This document shows, in pieces, positions 1 to 11,289 of a stretch of 64,000 nt of DNA. This DNA comes from Octopus bimaculoides (Eukaryota), in the NCBI RefSeq assembly GCF_001194135.2, contig NC_068994.1, positions 40,888,911 to 40,952,910 on the forward strand, written 5' to 3'. The first letter of the stretch is position 1. Each line of letters begins with the position of its first letter. The notes beneath the pieces are model-generated. The model saw only the letters and a list, made by a program, of their open reading frames with translations, did not search any database and was not told the DNA's origin. The translations under genes were made by a program, and so were the position numbers.

Positions 1-204
1 AGACATTTTTCAAATTGTAAAACTGGTAAGCTTTTGCAAATAGTATATAATTTAAAAAAAAATTATATTTAATATACATTTGTAAATGATATAGATTTGA
101 AAATGTTAAGCATATGAAAGTGGTATACAATGTTCCAAAGGTACATAATTGAAAATGATGCTTACATATATATATAATAAATATATACATACATGTGTGT
201 ATTT

Positions 205-358
205 GTGTATGTATGCATGCATGTATGTATGTATGCATGTATGCATGTATGTATGTATGTATGTATGTATGTATGTATGTATGTATGTTTGCATGAATGT
301 GTGTATGAATGTTTGTATGTATGTATGCACATATGTATGTGATGTATGTATGTATGTG
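205..358. repeat. (TATG)n microsatellite
   Basis: Direct tandem tatg/catg units. Confidence 0.95.
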
Positions 359-611
359 AATGTTTTATATTTGAAAATGACATTTGCAACTGGTATACAA
401 TTGAAAATGTTACTTATTTAAAACTGGAATATATTGGAAGTTGGGATATTCATAGAAATTGGTGTATATTTTGAGACAGTAATCTAAAATAAAAATTTGA
501 TGGGAAATGAACTCTTTGTTTCTTTCTAATAAAGAAAATAACGTATTTAAGATGAAAGAAGGAGGAGGAAGAAAAAGGGGCATAGAGACAGTGTCAACGT
601 AGAGAGAAAGT

Positions 612-635
612 GTGAGATAGATAGATAGGTAGATT

Positions 636-697
<62 letters not shown>
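612..697. repeat. (TAGA)n microsatellite, followed by a GA-rich purine tract to ~1095
   Basis: Tandem gata units, then a C-poor purine-rich stretch. Confidence 0.95.
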
Positions 698-1099
698 GGG
701 AGAGAGAGAGAGAGTGGGGAGATGTAGGATGATTTACTAAGAAGATATATGGTGAGATGTTCAGGTAGAGAAGATGGTTGGATGAGAGATAGTGGCAATA
801 AGGAAGAAAGGGTGTGAGATAGAAGCAGTGAGAAGTACAGCTAGGGAATGAGAGTGTGAGGGAAAGTTGGGAGTAGACAATTAGAAAGAGTGGAAGATAG
901 AAACAGGGAAGATGAAAAAGAAAGTGAAAGTAGACTAAGAGAAAAAGATAAAGATATGAAAGGGAAGATGTGCCATCCAGAGAAAGAGAAAGAAAAAGAT
1001 TAAGTTTTAGAAGAAGAAAAGGGACAGTGTAACTGGAAAAGTGAGAGTTTAGATAGACAGAAGTATATAGAAAGAAAGAAAAGAAAGGAAAAGTTGAAT

Positions 1100-1450
1100 T
1101 GTTTTTGATGTGTGTTTTCAGAGAAGATGTGTATTCTTGTGTTTGAGCCATTGCATTACTGCTGCAGTTATATGGCAGCAGTGTTGTGTCGTTTGCTTCT
1201 GCAATGTCAAGTCAATAAGAGAAAGAAAGAAAGAAAAGTGGACTCTACTTTGCTACCATCTACCGTTTGTTTGGAATGTGTGCTGGAACTGAGAAAAAGC
1301 TGATTAATTGTCACATAGAAGGAGAACAGAAACTCTACATTTGATTTCGACAGCATGCCTAAATTAAATAGAGAGAAACGCCACAAATGTAAACTTACTC
1401 ACATACCAGCAGACATAGATAAAACATACAAGTGTTCCACTAATTAAATT
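1100..1450 (+). mobile_element. Unclassified interspersed repeat, copy 1 (direct-orientation partner at 41440-41795)
   Basis: About 340 bp aligns by eye at roughly 90% identity to 41440-41795 (ttttgatgtgtgttttcagagaagatgtgtattc...gcagacatagata). No ORF is shared between the copies. Confidence 0.8.
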
Positions 1451-2455
1451 TTTTGGTATCTTTGTTTTTTACAATTAAACTGAATGTTTCGTCCCTAAAA
1501 TGGATGTTTTTTACTTGTATTTTTTTTTTCTGTATTTACATTACTTAATTTTTATTTATATGTTCTTCTTATCATGAAATAAAATTGATTGAAATGTAAT
1601 GGAAAAGAAAAAGAAGAAAAAAAAAAGGTAAAGAAATGATGAAATTGTAATTTACAAAGATAAAACTTTCACAAGAATTAAAGTATTAAAATAGAAAACA
1701 GAAATTAGAAGATGACAATAGTTTTATTTTTATTAAAGTTAAACAAAAAAAAAAAAAAAAAAAAAAAACAAGAAGAGAAAGAGAGAGAAAGAAAGAAATT
1801 AACAAATTATCATTTCACAGGCTTTAAAACTTGTTCTCTTCCTTTAGAAATAAAATTGCCATTATAATGAAACACAAAGTTCTTGTTTTAAATTTATCTT
1901 AAATGCTGTGTCTTTCAAATGTTTGACATTTTATTCAGCCTTTTGTTATTTCTTTGGGGTTTTGTTTTTGCTAATATTTACTTTTATTTCTGTTAATTAC
2001 AATGACAGACCCAATAACAGAATTATTGTGAGTTGGAGAAACTTTGATAAACTGGGATTATCCAAGTTATTAGTAAACAAGATCTCCCTTGAGGGATGTT
2101 TAAAATCTAAAAATCAACAAGCAGGGAGATAACTGCAATAAGAACAAATGATCAAAAAACGATGCATGGAAAACACTTTTACATTAAAATCTAAGAAGCT
2201 GTAACCATATTGATGAACTAAATGTTAAAAATTGATGTGGCTGTTTTTGTCAACATATTATCTCTTGTCAGGCCTGGCAAAGCTTACTTATGATCAAATG
2301 TATTATAGCTATGATCATTCCATCTCTTCGAAAATAATATGCCTGTACTATATTATCTATTGTGTTCTTTTCATTTTTCCATTTTAAGATGGTATGGTAT
2401 GACTTGAGAGATACTTTGTTGCTATTTCTAGCAAGTTGTATGACCTCATTGGCTG

Positions 2456-2491
<36 letters not shown>

Positions 2492-2684
2492 GTATGATAG
2501 GCCGATTTTTTAAGTACATGCCTGGTAAACTACCAAATTGTGGCAGTGCACATATATGATATACCAGATGATGTTTACATATGTGTGATATACACAATGA
2601 TGAGTGTGCAGATGATAATACATCACAAGATGATAGTGCATATGAGTGTTATATGAATGTTTTCTTTATGACAATGGGTGATAT

Positions 2685-2885
2685 GTCATCATCATCATCG
2701 TCATCATCATCATCGTCATCCTCATCCTCCTCATCCTCGTTGTCGTCGTCATCATCATCATCATCATCATCACCATTGTCATCATCATCATCATCATCAT
2801 CATCATCACCATTGTCATTATCATCATCATCATCATCGTCGTCGTCATCGTCGTCGTCGTTGTTGTCATTGTCATCATCATTATT
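2685..2885. repeat. (CAT)n/(CGT)n trinucleotide repeat
   Basis: Tandem cat/cgt/cct units; the source of the poly-S/H/M ORFs in the track. Confidence 0.95.
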
Positions 2886-3204
2886 GCTTTAATGTTTACT
2901 TTTCCATGCTTGCATGACTCAGATGGAATTTGTTGAAGTAGAAAGATACACTTTCTATCATCAGCCCTCACCTGATTCCAAGCAAGATTAATGTTTCCCT
3001 ATGGTCAAGCATAGTTTTGGCAGAAGAGTATGAAAGAATAATGACACTGCTTGTCTGAAAACAATGACACAATACCAAGAATCAGGGCAAGAAGACACAA
3101 ACATACACGCACATACATACAAACATATATTTAGATATATATTTATCGTTGGTGGAGCATATATCTGAAAAATAAGTACACTCTAAAGGATAGGGCAGTA
3201 ATGC

Positions 3205-3407
3205 ATTTACATGCAGTTGAATATATGTCCAGTCATAGAGTGACCAATAGTTTCACATACATAAAGCTCTTAGCTTTATGGATGACTCCTCAGACTTTTA
3301 TGGCAGAGGGCATAGAGTCAGTCAAGTCGTCTATAAAGCTGAGCACTTTATGTATGTGAAACCATTGGTCACTCAGTGACCGGACATATATTTAACTACA
3401 TGTAAAT
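3205..3407. mobile_element. Fold-back (hairpin) MITE-like element
   Basis: The ~83 bp left arm (atttacatgcagttgaatatatgtcc...) is the reverse complement of the right arm (...ggacatatatttaactacatgtaaat) at about 87% identity. An inner stem gactttat/atagagtc continues the pairing. Confidence 0.8.
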
Positions 3408-3474
3408 ATGTGTGTGTGTGTGCAATGGGTGTCTTGAACAAGAAAGGATGAATTGCATAATGTAGTCCTAGAAA

Positions 3475-3864
3475 GGAGGCGCAATGGCCCAGTGGTTAGG
3501 GCAGCGGACTTGCAGTCATAGGATCACGGATTCGATTCCCAGACCGGGCATTGTGAGTGTTTATTGAGCAAAAACACCTAAAGCTCCACGAGGCTCCGGC
3601 AGGGCATGGTGGCGAACCCTGCTGTACTCTTTCTCCACAACTTCCTCTCACTCTTACTTCCTGTTTCTGTTGGGCATGTAATTCAAAGGCTCAGCCTTGT
3701 CACACTCTGTGTCACGCTGAATATCCCTGAGAACTACGTTAAGGGTACACGTGTCTGTGGAGTGCTCAGCCACTTGCATGTTAATTTCACGAGCTGGCTG
3801 TTCCATTGATCGGATCAACTGGAACCCTCGATGTCGTAAGCGACGGAGTGCCAACAACAACAAC
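3475..3864 (+). mobile_element. Full-length tRNA-derived SINE with an 11 bp target-site duplication (TSD)
   Basis: A-box-like TGGCCCAGTGG, B-box-like GGATTCGATTCC and a (CAA)n tail. TSD AGTCCTAGAAA at 3464-3474 and 3865-3875. CpG-rich, so probably young. Confidence 0.92.
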
Positions 3865-4840
3865 AGTCCTAGAAAACATGCTTTGTCTATAAAGATGATA
3901 ACAAGTACAGCAAAATATGTGATAGCCATAGCTGAAATGTCCTTTAATCTTGGATGTTCTGATTTAGCAATGACTTGGTGCTAAACATCAACCTCATTGC
4001 ATAGGCTAAGGAGGGTATCTTCTTCAATTGGAAACAAACTTTTTTAAGATATACCTGCAAGAACATTTTTATCATTTAATCATAAGTAAATGTACCATGC
4101 CATGGTCTATTATCTGGACCTATGAGAAAGTGGGTGGAAGGCAGATTGGAAGTTATCTTTGGACCATAGACATGAAACAAATGCTTGTAACAGAATAGGC
4201 CTCACTAAGGACACCCAGGAAAAAAGTGATGGTATTAACCAGGGTGACAGATCATGTCTACCACCCAAGCACAAGATTCACTTAGTTTACAGTTTCACAT
4301 ATAAAATTTTGGTCACAAGGTTTTAATTGGCCTGAGGTTATGGAATAAAACAACTTTTCAAGGTGCTGTGCACTGGGATTGAATTAAACATCATATAGTT
4401 GTAAAACGAACTGCTTAACTACACTGCAATATCTGCTCTCTCAGCCTTAGAAACAAATACAGTGATCTCACTGTGTGTAATGAAAGTTTGCACCTTCTGG
4501 ATTCCCATTTCTAGCTTAGATAGTTAGCTCTTGATTGTTATGTGTTCGTACCATCGACTCAAAGCACTGAAAAATCATAGAATGCATGCTACAGATCCAT
4601 TGCTTTTCTTATCCTATAATCATGAGGAAGGCAGTGTTCATGATATTTTACAAGACCTGTGGGACTGATGGTTAGGAGTGGGTTAGGTATATTCAAACTA
4701 CAAACCTGGCCTAAATGCTTTCAACAGAGTAGGGGGCGTCTTCTAAAGGAACCAAAGTGACCAAGTAATGGTATCAAATCAGATGAGGGACGATTTCCCA
4801 ACCAAGATTTTTGGCTAGTTGGCAAAGATTTTATGATATA

Positions 4841-4967
4841 CAGGGTAGGTCAAAACTCAGGCACAAAATATGTTCAGTCAAAGATATGCTTCAGTTTTTC
4901 TAAAATTAAATAAAATAGGTAAAATAATAATGAGTACACATGTTGCGTAACTTTTTGGTCTACCCTA
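4841..4967. mobile_element. Miniature Tc1/mariner-type MITE
   Basis: TA|CAGGGTAGGTCAAAA at the left end and TTTTGGTCTACCCTA|TA at the right end: imperfect TIRs flanked by TA, typical of IS630-Tc1-mariner ends. Confidence 0.55.
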
Positions 4968-5874
4968 TAGTTTAGTAGAAATACTCCATAGACATGAGCA
5001 TGGCCAATATGGTTAAGAAGTTTGTTTTGCAACCACATGGATCCAGGTTCAGTTCTTCCTCATGCCAACTGAGGTAAGTGCCTTGTTGTAATTCATCTAC
5101 TAAAACTTCCATTGATAAATGCTTTGTGAACAGAATTTCGTTACACACACACACACACACACATGCATATACATTTACGTGTGCATGTGTGTGTATGGGT
5201 GTGTGTAAGTGTGTGTATGAGTGTGTGTTTGCAAGTGTCTATTTGTCCTTGCATCAACACTGCTTACAAACTGGTGCTCTTTGTTTGTGTCTGCCTATAA
5301 CTTCAGTAAATGGAGCTAAGTACCAAACACAGAGAAATAATATTAAGATCGATTTCATTAACCAAAATCATTTAAGATGGTTGCCCCATTAAGGCCACAG
5401 AGGAATAACTAAACCAAGTAAAATATTAAATAAAGTACAAATATAAACAATCATTTCCTAATTGACATAATACTTCATTTAAATAATAATTATTTCTAAA
5501 TTTTTTATGAATTGGAGAAACGAAATCTGTTTATTAGGCTGCTGCTCCATCAAATATTTATTCTATATCATGGAAGACTTAAGTACTTCAATTACTTGGA
5601 GAAAGAAAATATGAGTAAAGCTCTTTGCTCCTGCCTGACTATACAGCACAGAAGGAGCCTCTATATGGTTGCTCAACTTGCTAGAAACAGCAGTTAAATT
5701 TTCAAGGAAACTTCCATCTCATATATGTATATATGTATTGTATGATATTATTTAAATGAAGTATTATGTCAATTAAGAAATGATTGTTTATATTTGCTAT
5801 TTATTTAATATTTTACTTGGTTTAGTTATTAGACTATGACCTTACTGGGGCAACCATCTTGAATGATGTAAGCA

Positions 5875-6025
5875 TGATAATGTGATAAAGAAGCTTACAT
5901 TACAACTGTGTGATTTTAAGATTTTGGATTCAGTCCCACTGCATGGCACTTTGGGCATGCTCTGGGTCAACCAACGCCTTGTGAGTGAATTTGGTAGATG
6001 GAAACTGTGTGGGACCCTGTTGTGT
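5875..6025 (+). mobile_element. tRNA-derived SINE family B, degenerate 5' part
   Basis: ggattcagtcccactgcatggcactttgggca...ccttgtgagtgaatttggtagatggaaactg matches the better-preserved copy at 56958-57392. Confidence 0.75.
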
Positions 6026-6160
6026 GTATGTTTTGTCTTTTACTTGTTTCAGTCATTAGACTATGGCCATAATGGGGCACTGGTTTGAAGAAATTTATTT
6101 GAACAAATCGATCTCAGTGCTTACTTTTATTCTTAAGCCTTATATTTATTCTGCTGGTTT

Positions 6161-6163
<3 letters not shown>

Positions 6164-6237
<74 letters not shown>

Positions 6238-6428
6238 CATACATATACACACACACACACACATATATGTGTGTTTATGTATATATATATATATACACAT
6301 ATATACACATATACATACATCCATGCATACATACATACATATATATGTGCATACTCTCTTTCTCTCTCATACACATACACACGCTCAAACATTACATATA
6401 CATACACCTGCCTGTGCATGCCTACACA

Positions 6429-6472
<44 letters not shown>

Positions 6473-6566
6473 CATATATATACATTCATGCATGTATACA
6501 TATATATAAAGATATCTAGCTAGCTATCTATCATTCTATATACATATGTATATATGTATATATATG

Positions 6567-6624
<58 letters not shown>

Positions 6625-6702
6625 GACACACACACACATACACGTATATACNNNNNNNNNNACATACACGTATATACACATACATGTACGTATACACAAA
6701 CA

Positions 6703-6760
<58 letters not shown>
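6164..6760. repeat. Compound (TA)n/(CA)n microsatellite with a 10-N gap
   Basis: Direct inspection. Confidence 0.95.
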
Positions 6761-6762
<2 letters not shown>

Positions 6763-7278
6763 AAAACTTCTAAAGAAGCTGAAGATGGAACGAAACTTTT
6801 CAGAGTTGGTAATCATGGAAAAGTAGAAGCAAATTAACTGAGTTGGCTGTAAAAATTGGTGAGGTCATTATTCCGTAAATCAATGTTCAACTTCACTGCC
6901 ACTGATATTACACGAAATCATGCTTTTGTTTGTTGGTTCTGAGCGTCTTTAATTTCAAGATTTTGCCGAAGAAATGTTTGGTATCGATAAAAAGATGTTG
7001 TCTGTAGTAGAAGAGTTAGGAGAAGGACGTTATTAATTTTTCTTTGAATAGTCAGGATATTGACTTTGGTAGGCAAAGATTGAAAGCGAAAGGAAAAAAA
7101 AACAAAAAAAAAAAAACAAGAGAGAGAAAAAGGAAAAAAGAAATAAAAAAGAATTTGTTTATGGGTTCATTTACTAGGATCTGAATCAGAGTCCGAAGTG
7201 TAAAAAGACATTGCCCGAGGGAGTTCTGAAGACATGTTGACAGTGAACGAACTTTGACATGAAGAAGGAAGCAAATGA

Positions 7279-7291
7279 AAATAATAATAAC

Positions 7292-7353
<62 letters not shown>

Positions 7354-7362
7354 TAATAATAG
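7279..7362. repeat. (TAA)n microsatellite
   Basis: Direct tandem taa units. Confidence 0.95.
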
Positions 7363-7613
7363 TAATGAAAATCAAGACTTCTCTCTTACAAAAAAAGAAA
7401 TAGAAAAAAAAATATGATACAAAGGAAGAAACAGATGGCAAAAAAAGAAAAAAAAAAAGAAATCAATAAGCTAGCAAGACCTTGCCAGGAAAGACATATT
7501 TGGAGCTTATGATTAAAAAGAAAAACCATGAAGACATCACAGAAGCAATACGCAAACAATATTGTCGCTATTCAGTATTTGGTGCAGTGTTGGCAATTAC
7601 ACACACACACACA

Positions 7614-7667
<54 letters not shown>

Positions 7668-7677
7668 NNNNNNNNNN

Positions 7678-7694
7678 ATGATGGCAATGATGAC

Positions 7695-7738
<44 letters not shown>

Positions 7739-8039
7739 GAATGAGGATGACGATGATGGTGATGATATTTGTAGTTGTGATGTTGGTGGCAAGGTGACTG
7801 TGGTGGTGGTGGTGGAAGTAGTGACAGCAATAGTAGTGGTTGTGGTGATGAGGTGTTTATGATGTTGCTGGTGTTAGTAGTNNNNNNNNNNGTGGTGGTG
7901 GTGGTGGTGGTGGTGGAGAGGTGGTTGTGAGGGGGGGACGCAGTGGTGTTGATGCTTCTGATGGTATAACACTATGTGTGTTGTGTGGAGTGATGATGAT
8001 GTTGATGATAATGATGATGATGATGATGGCAATGATGAC

Positions 8040-8083
<44 letters not shown>

Positions 8084-8230
8084 GAATGAGGATGACGATG
8101 ATGGTGATGATATTTGTAGTTGTGATGTTGGTGGCAAGGTGACTGTGGTGGTGGTGGTGGAAGTAGTGACAGCAATAGTAGTGGTTGTGGTGATGAGGTG
8201 TTTATGATGTTGCTGGTGTTAGTAGTTTTG

Positions 8231-8262
<32 letters not shown>

Positions 8263-8560
8263 GGTAATGGTGATTACAGTGACTGCTGTGGTGTTAGTGG
8301 TGGCATTGTTGGTACAAGTGGTAGCAGTGGTAGTGTGGTGATTGGGGTTATAATAATAGTGGTAGTAGGGCTACAGCTGATAGTAGTGGTGTCAACAGTG
8401 GTGGTGGTTGTAGTTGTGGTGGTGGTAATTGTGAGGGTGTTGATGCTGGTAACACTAGTGGGTGTGACGATCATGCAGTGGTCAATGGTTATGGGGATGG
8501 CGGTGGATATGGTGGATGTGGTGGTGGTGGTGAAAGGTCTTTATAGTACACATGGGGTTG
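7678..8560. repeat. (GAT)n/(GGT)n/(GTA)n low-complexity tract
   Basis: Mixed trinucleotide repeats. Includes a probable assembly duplication (7678-7881 is identical to ~8022-8225). Confidence 0.9.
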
Positions 8561-8689
8561 CAGTAATTAAAAAAGGGTAAAGACCCCTCCTTCGGTCATG
8601 AATGACCATGGGATTGTACCTAGAATGTTATCTGCTGAAGCACGTGCTTAGGGCATCAAGAGAAGGAAGGGGTGCTATAGAAATAGTAA

Positions 8690-9028
8690 ATGGTTTACAG
8701 CACAAAAGAAATCACTTTAAACTTGCTAAAATAATATTTGGGATGCCTTTATCTTTACTAAGTATAGATGCAGATGTATTACCTAAGATTAATTTTGAGG
8801 ATCTGATCAAAGACTTTGCAATTCAAAACAGTAGGTTCAAATATAAATGAAATGGAAGTATAGAAAAATAAACACTATTTTCCTTCTTACTGATTTGTTT
8901 CATTTTGAAAAATAAAAAAAGATATTTTATAGTCTGTTATTGTTTATATTTTGAATTACATAATCTTTTATGGGGGCACCAAAATCTTTTAAATGCTTTG
9001 GGCCTTGATGGGCCTGAATCCAGGCCTG
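8690..9028 (+). mobile_element. hAT DNA transposon relic: transposase C-terminal dimerisation region and 3' end
   Basis: ORF 8602-8850 ends LSLLSIDADVLPKINFEDLIKDFAIQNSRF*, which resembles the hAT dimerisation-domain tail (L-x-LLSIE...I-x-F-x-D-x-I-x-x-FA). Downstream ...GGGCCTGAATCCAGGCCTG (ends 9028) reads CAGGCCTGGATTC as reverse complement, like CAGGGCCGG-type hAT termini. Confidence 0.7.
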
Positions 9029-9159
9029 CCAAGATGAAGGATTTGATAGTTCTGGAACCTAGAAAATCTTTGGTCAGAAATGGTTGAAGTGGTCTTAGAT
9101 GGTTATTGTATTTGTATTTTTAGTGTATAAGAAAATGTATAACATGACAAGGACTGTGG

Positions 9160-9410
9160 ATGATGACAATGATGAAGGTGATGCTGATGATGATGATGAG
9201 ATCCTGATTATGATGATGACGATGATGATGATGATGATGACCATGATGATTACCATGATGCCAATATTAATGACACTGTTGTTCACAACAGTGATGATAA
9301 TGATAAAAACAAAGGTGACAATCTCGGCAAAAGTGGTGATGATGATGATGATGTTGATAATGATAATGATGACGATGATGACGACGACGATGATGATGAT
9401 GATTGTTATC
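9160..9410. repeat. (GAT)n trinucleotide repeat
   Basis: Direct inspection. Confidence 0.9.
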
Positions 9411-9653
9411 GATGTTGTGATATTTCTTATAATGGAAAAGCTCAGTATCAAAAATGACAAGGCCCTTGACTAACAACATTCCAGTCCCTAGTTTAACATG
9501 TTCAACTGTAGTCAGCTGTGATAAGACTGTAAGAAAAGTCCAGGGAGGAAATTCTCCACCTTGACTTGTGTAAAAGCATATTTGGCTTTGGTCCATGAGT
9601 AACATCTTTTGATTGTGGGAAGCATGAATTTCTACATTACTCTGCTTTGTCAA

Positions 9654-9872
9654 GGTGGCAAGCTGGCAGAATCGTTAGCACGCTGGTTGAAATGCTTAGC
9701 AATATTTCGCCCATCACTACGTTCTGAGTTCAAATTCTGCCAAGGTCGACTTTGCCTTTCATCCTTTTGGGGTCGATAGAAATAAGTACTAGTGAAACAC
9801 TGGGATTGATGTAATCAACTAGTCCCCTCTCCCAAAATTTCAGGCCTTGTGCCTATAGCAGAAAGGATTATT
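9654..9872 (+). mobile_element. SINE family A, full length
   Basis: ggtggcaagctggcagaatcgttagcacg...gagttcaaattc (B-box-like)...tttgcctttcatccttttggggtcgata...gtgcctatagcagaaaggatta(tt). Many further copies in the window; a partial minus-strand copy lies at ~10125-10215. Confidence 0.88.
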
Positions 9873-10342
9873 TTCATCATCAGTTATAGAATCTAACTCA
9901 GTTAATGTTGACCATACATCTTCACATGTATGTGCAAGTCTAGGTAGGATTTTTTGAAGGAGACTGAGAGTTGCCCATGCATGTAAGTCACCCACAGCAA
10001 TGAATAAATGCTACTGCTGATATAATTTGGTACCATTGTCCTCACAGCAGTTGATCTCAGGTCACAAAAAGCCAGAACAGATACTACAAGACATCTCTCT
10101 TGACACTCTAAGTCTCCACCTTGAATTATTTTGACTCTGAATGGATGAAAGGCAAAATTGAATTCAGAATGCAGAGAGCTGTAACAACTATCCACTCTAA
10201 CAACTCTGCTATTTTACCACCATTTAAAACATTTAAAACATGGCATTTATAAATATTAATTATAATACATAATATGATTATAATTAAATATTAATTATAA
10301 TATGTAATATGATTATAATTAAATATTAATTATGATATTATA

Positions 10343-10700
10343 GGGATCTTTTTTAAAACGGGGGCCACATTTTTCATTAACGAAACACTTTGAAACTTGG
10401 ATCACTGGTAGAATGTGTCATATAAAACATCTTTTTCTCTTAGTCTTCTTAAAAAAAAAAGAAATCCATAAATTATTCCATGTTAAAGTTGTCGTATTTC
10501 TGTAATTTCAACCAATCACTGACGTCCATTCAGCCGATATACATTAAGTGCCGACTACATAAACAAACGATTCTGAAACAATTAACCCTAACCCTAACCC
10601 TAAGTATAGATAAGTATACGAAGTTTGAAAGTCTTTCGGTACCAAAAGCACTACATAAAACATTAATGAAAAATGTGGCCCCCGTTTTAAAAAAGATCCT
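10343..10700. mobile_element. MITE with perfect 37 bp TIRs and internal (TAACCC)3
   Basis: GGATCTTTTTTAAAACGGGGGCCACATTTTTCATTAA at 10344-10380 is the exact reverse complement of 10663-10699. Flanks are TA-rich. TAACCC x3 at 10583-10600. Confidence 0.9.
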
Positions 10701-10844
10701 ATTATAGTATAAATATTCATAATATTAAGCCTATAAATATAGATTCTATAATCTACAGAAAATTATTTAGTTCTTTGTTTTTAATCAATAAATGAAACAA
10801 TAGACAATGTGTTGATAAAATAAGTACCAATCATATAAAAAAGG

Positions 10845-11055
10845 AAGAAAGGTACTCCCTGAGCCATAGACCCTTAGGATCAGTTTCCTAGATTCTTTGA
10901 CATATATATTCTTCCTCTGGATGGGACACCAGTCCATCACAGGATTACTCATTTTTGTCAGCTCAAGAACACACAACACATTGCCTGGTCCAGGAACTGA
11001 ACCCACAATCTTATGAGCATGAGTGTAACACTCTAAGCGTTAAGCCATGATCCCT
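10845..11055 (-). mobile_element. tRNA-derived SINE family D
   Basis: The reverse complement has a tRNA-like head (gtgggttcagttcc B-box, tgtgttcttgagc). Similar to 31505-31770 (+), 36555-36785 (-) and 20620-20770 (-). Confidence 0.7.
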
Positions 11056-11238
11056 ACATACCATTCATATGCCATGGTCGATTCAGTGAACTATTCCTCT
11101 CTCTCTCTCTCTTTTATCACTTTATGTTTTCTGTGTTGATGTAATTATCACTATGCATTGTGGTAGTAACTATGATGTTGATGAAAAACTCTTGTGTCAG
11201 TGTAAAAAGCCACTGATCGTAGGATATAGAGAGAGGAA

Positions 11239-11289
<51 letters not shown>

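Noticed and set aside
1908-2132. ORF with a hydrophobic N-terminus and a GTGAGT donor at 2028
   Set aside because: It starts at GTG with no in-frame ATG or convincing acceptor, and the hydrophobicity is explained by T-rich composition.
2925-2965. CTGATGA followed by a 7 bp stem on the minus strand
   Set aside because: No GAAA follows the stem, so the hammerhead core is incomplete.
3475-3550. tRNA-like A/B boxes here and in other SINE heads (31505, 56958)
   Set aside because: They continue into SINE bodies with tails or TSDs and lack a complete cloverleaf, so they were called SINEs rather than tRNA genes.
6779-6812. CTGAAGA..GAAAC hammerhead-like core on the plus strand
   Set aside because: Stem II cannot close (T/C) and no stem I complementarity flanks it.
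7678-8225. Exact ~204 bp duplication (7678-7881 vs ~8022-8225)
   Set aside because: The first copy is bracketed by two 10-N gaps and is identical to the second; most likely an unmerged contig overlap.
10583-10603. Telomeric repeat as a sign of a chromosome end or healing site
   Set aside because: Only three units, internal to a MITE.
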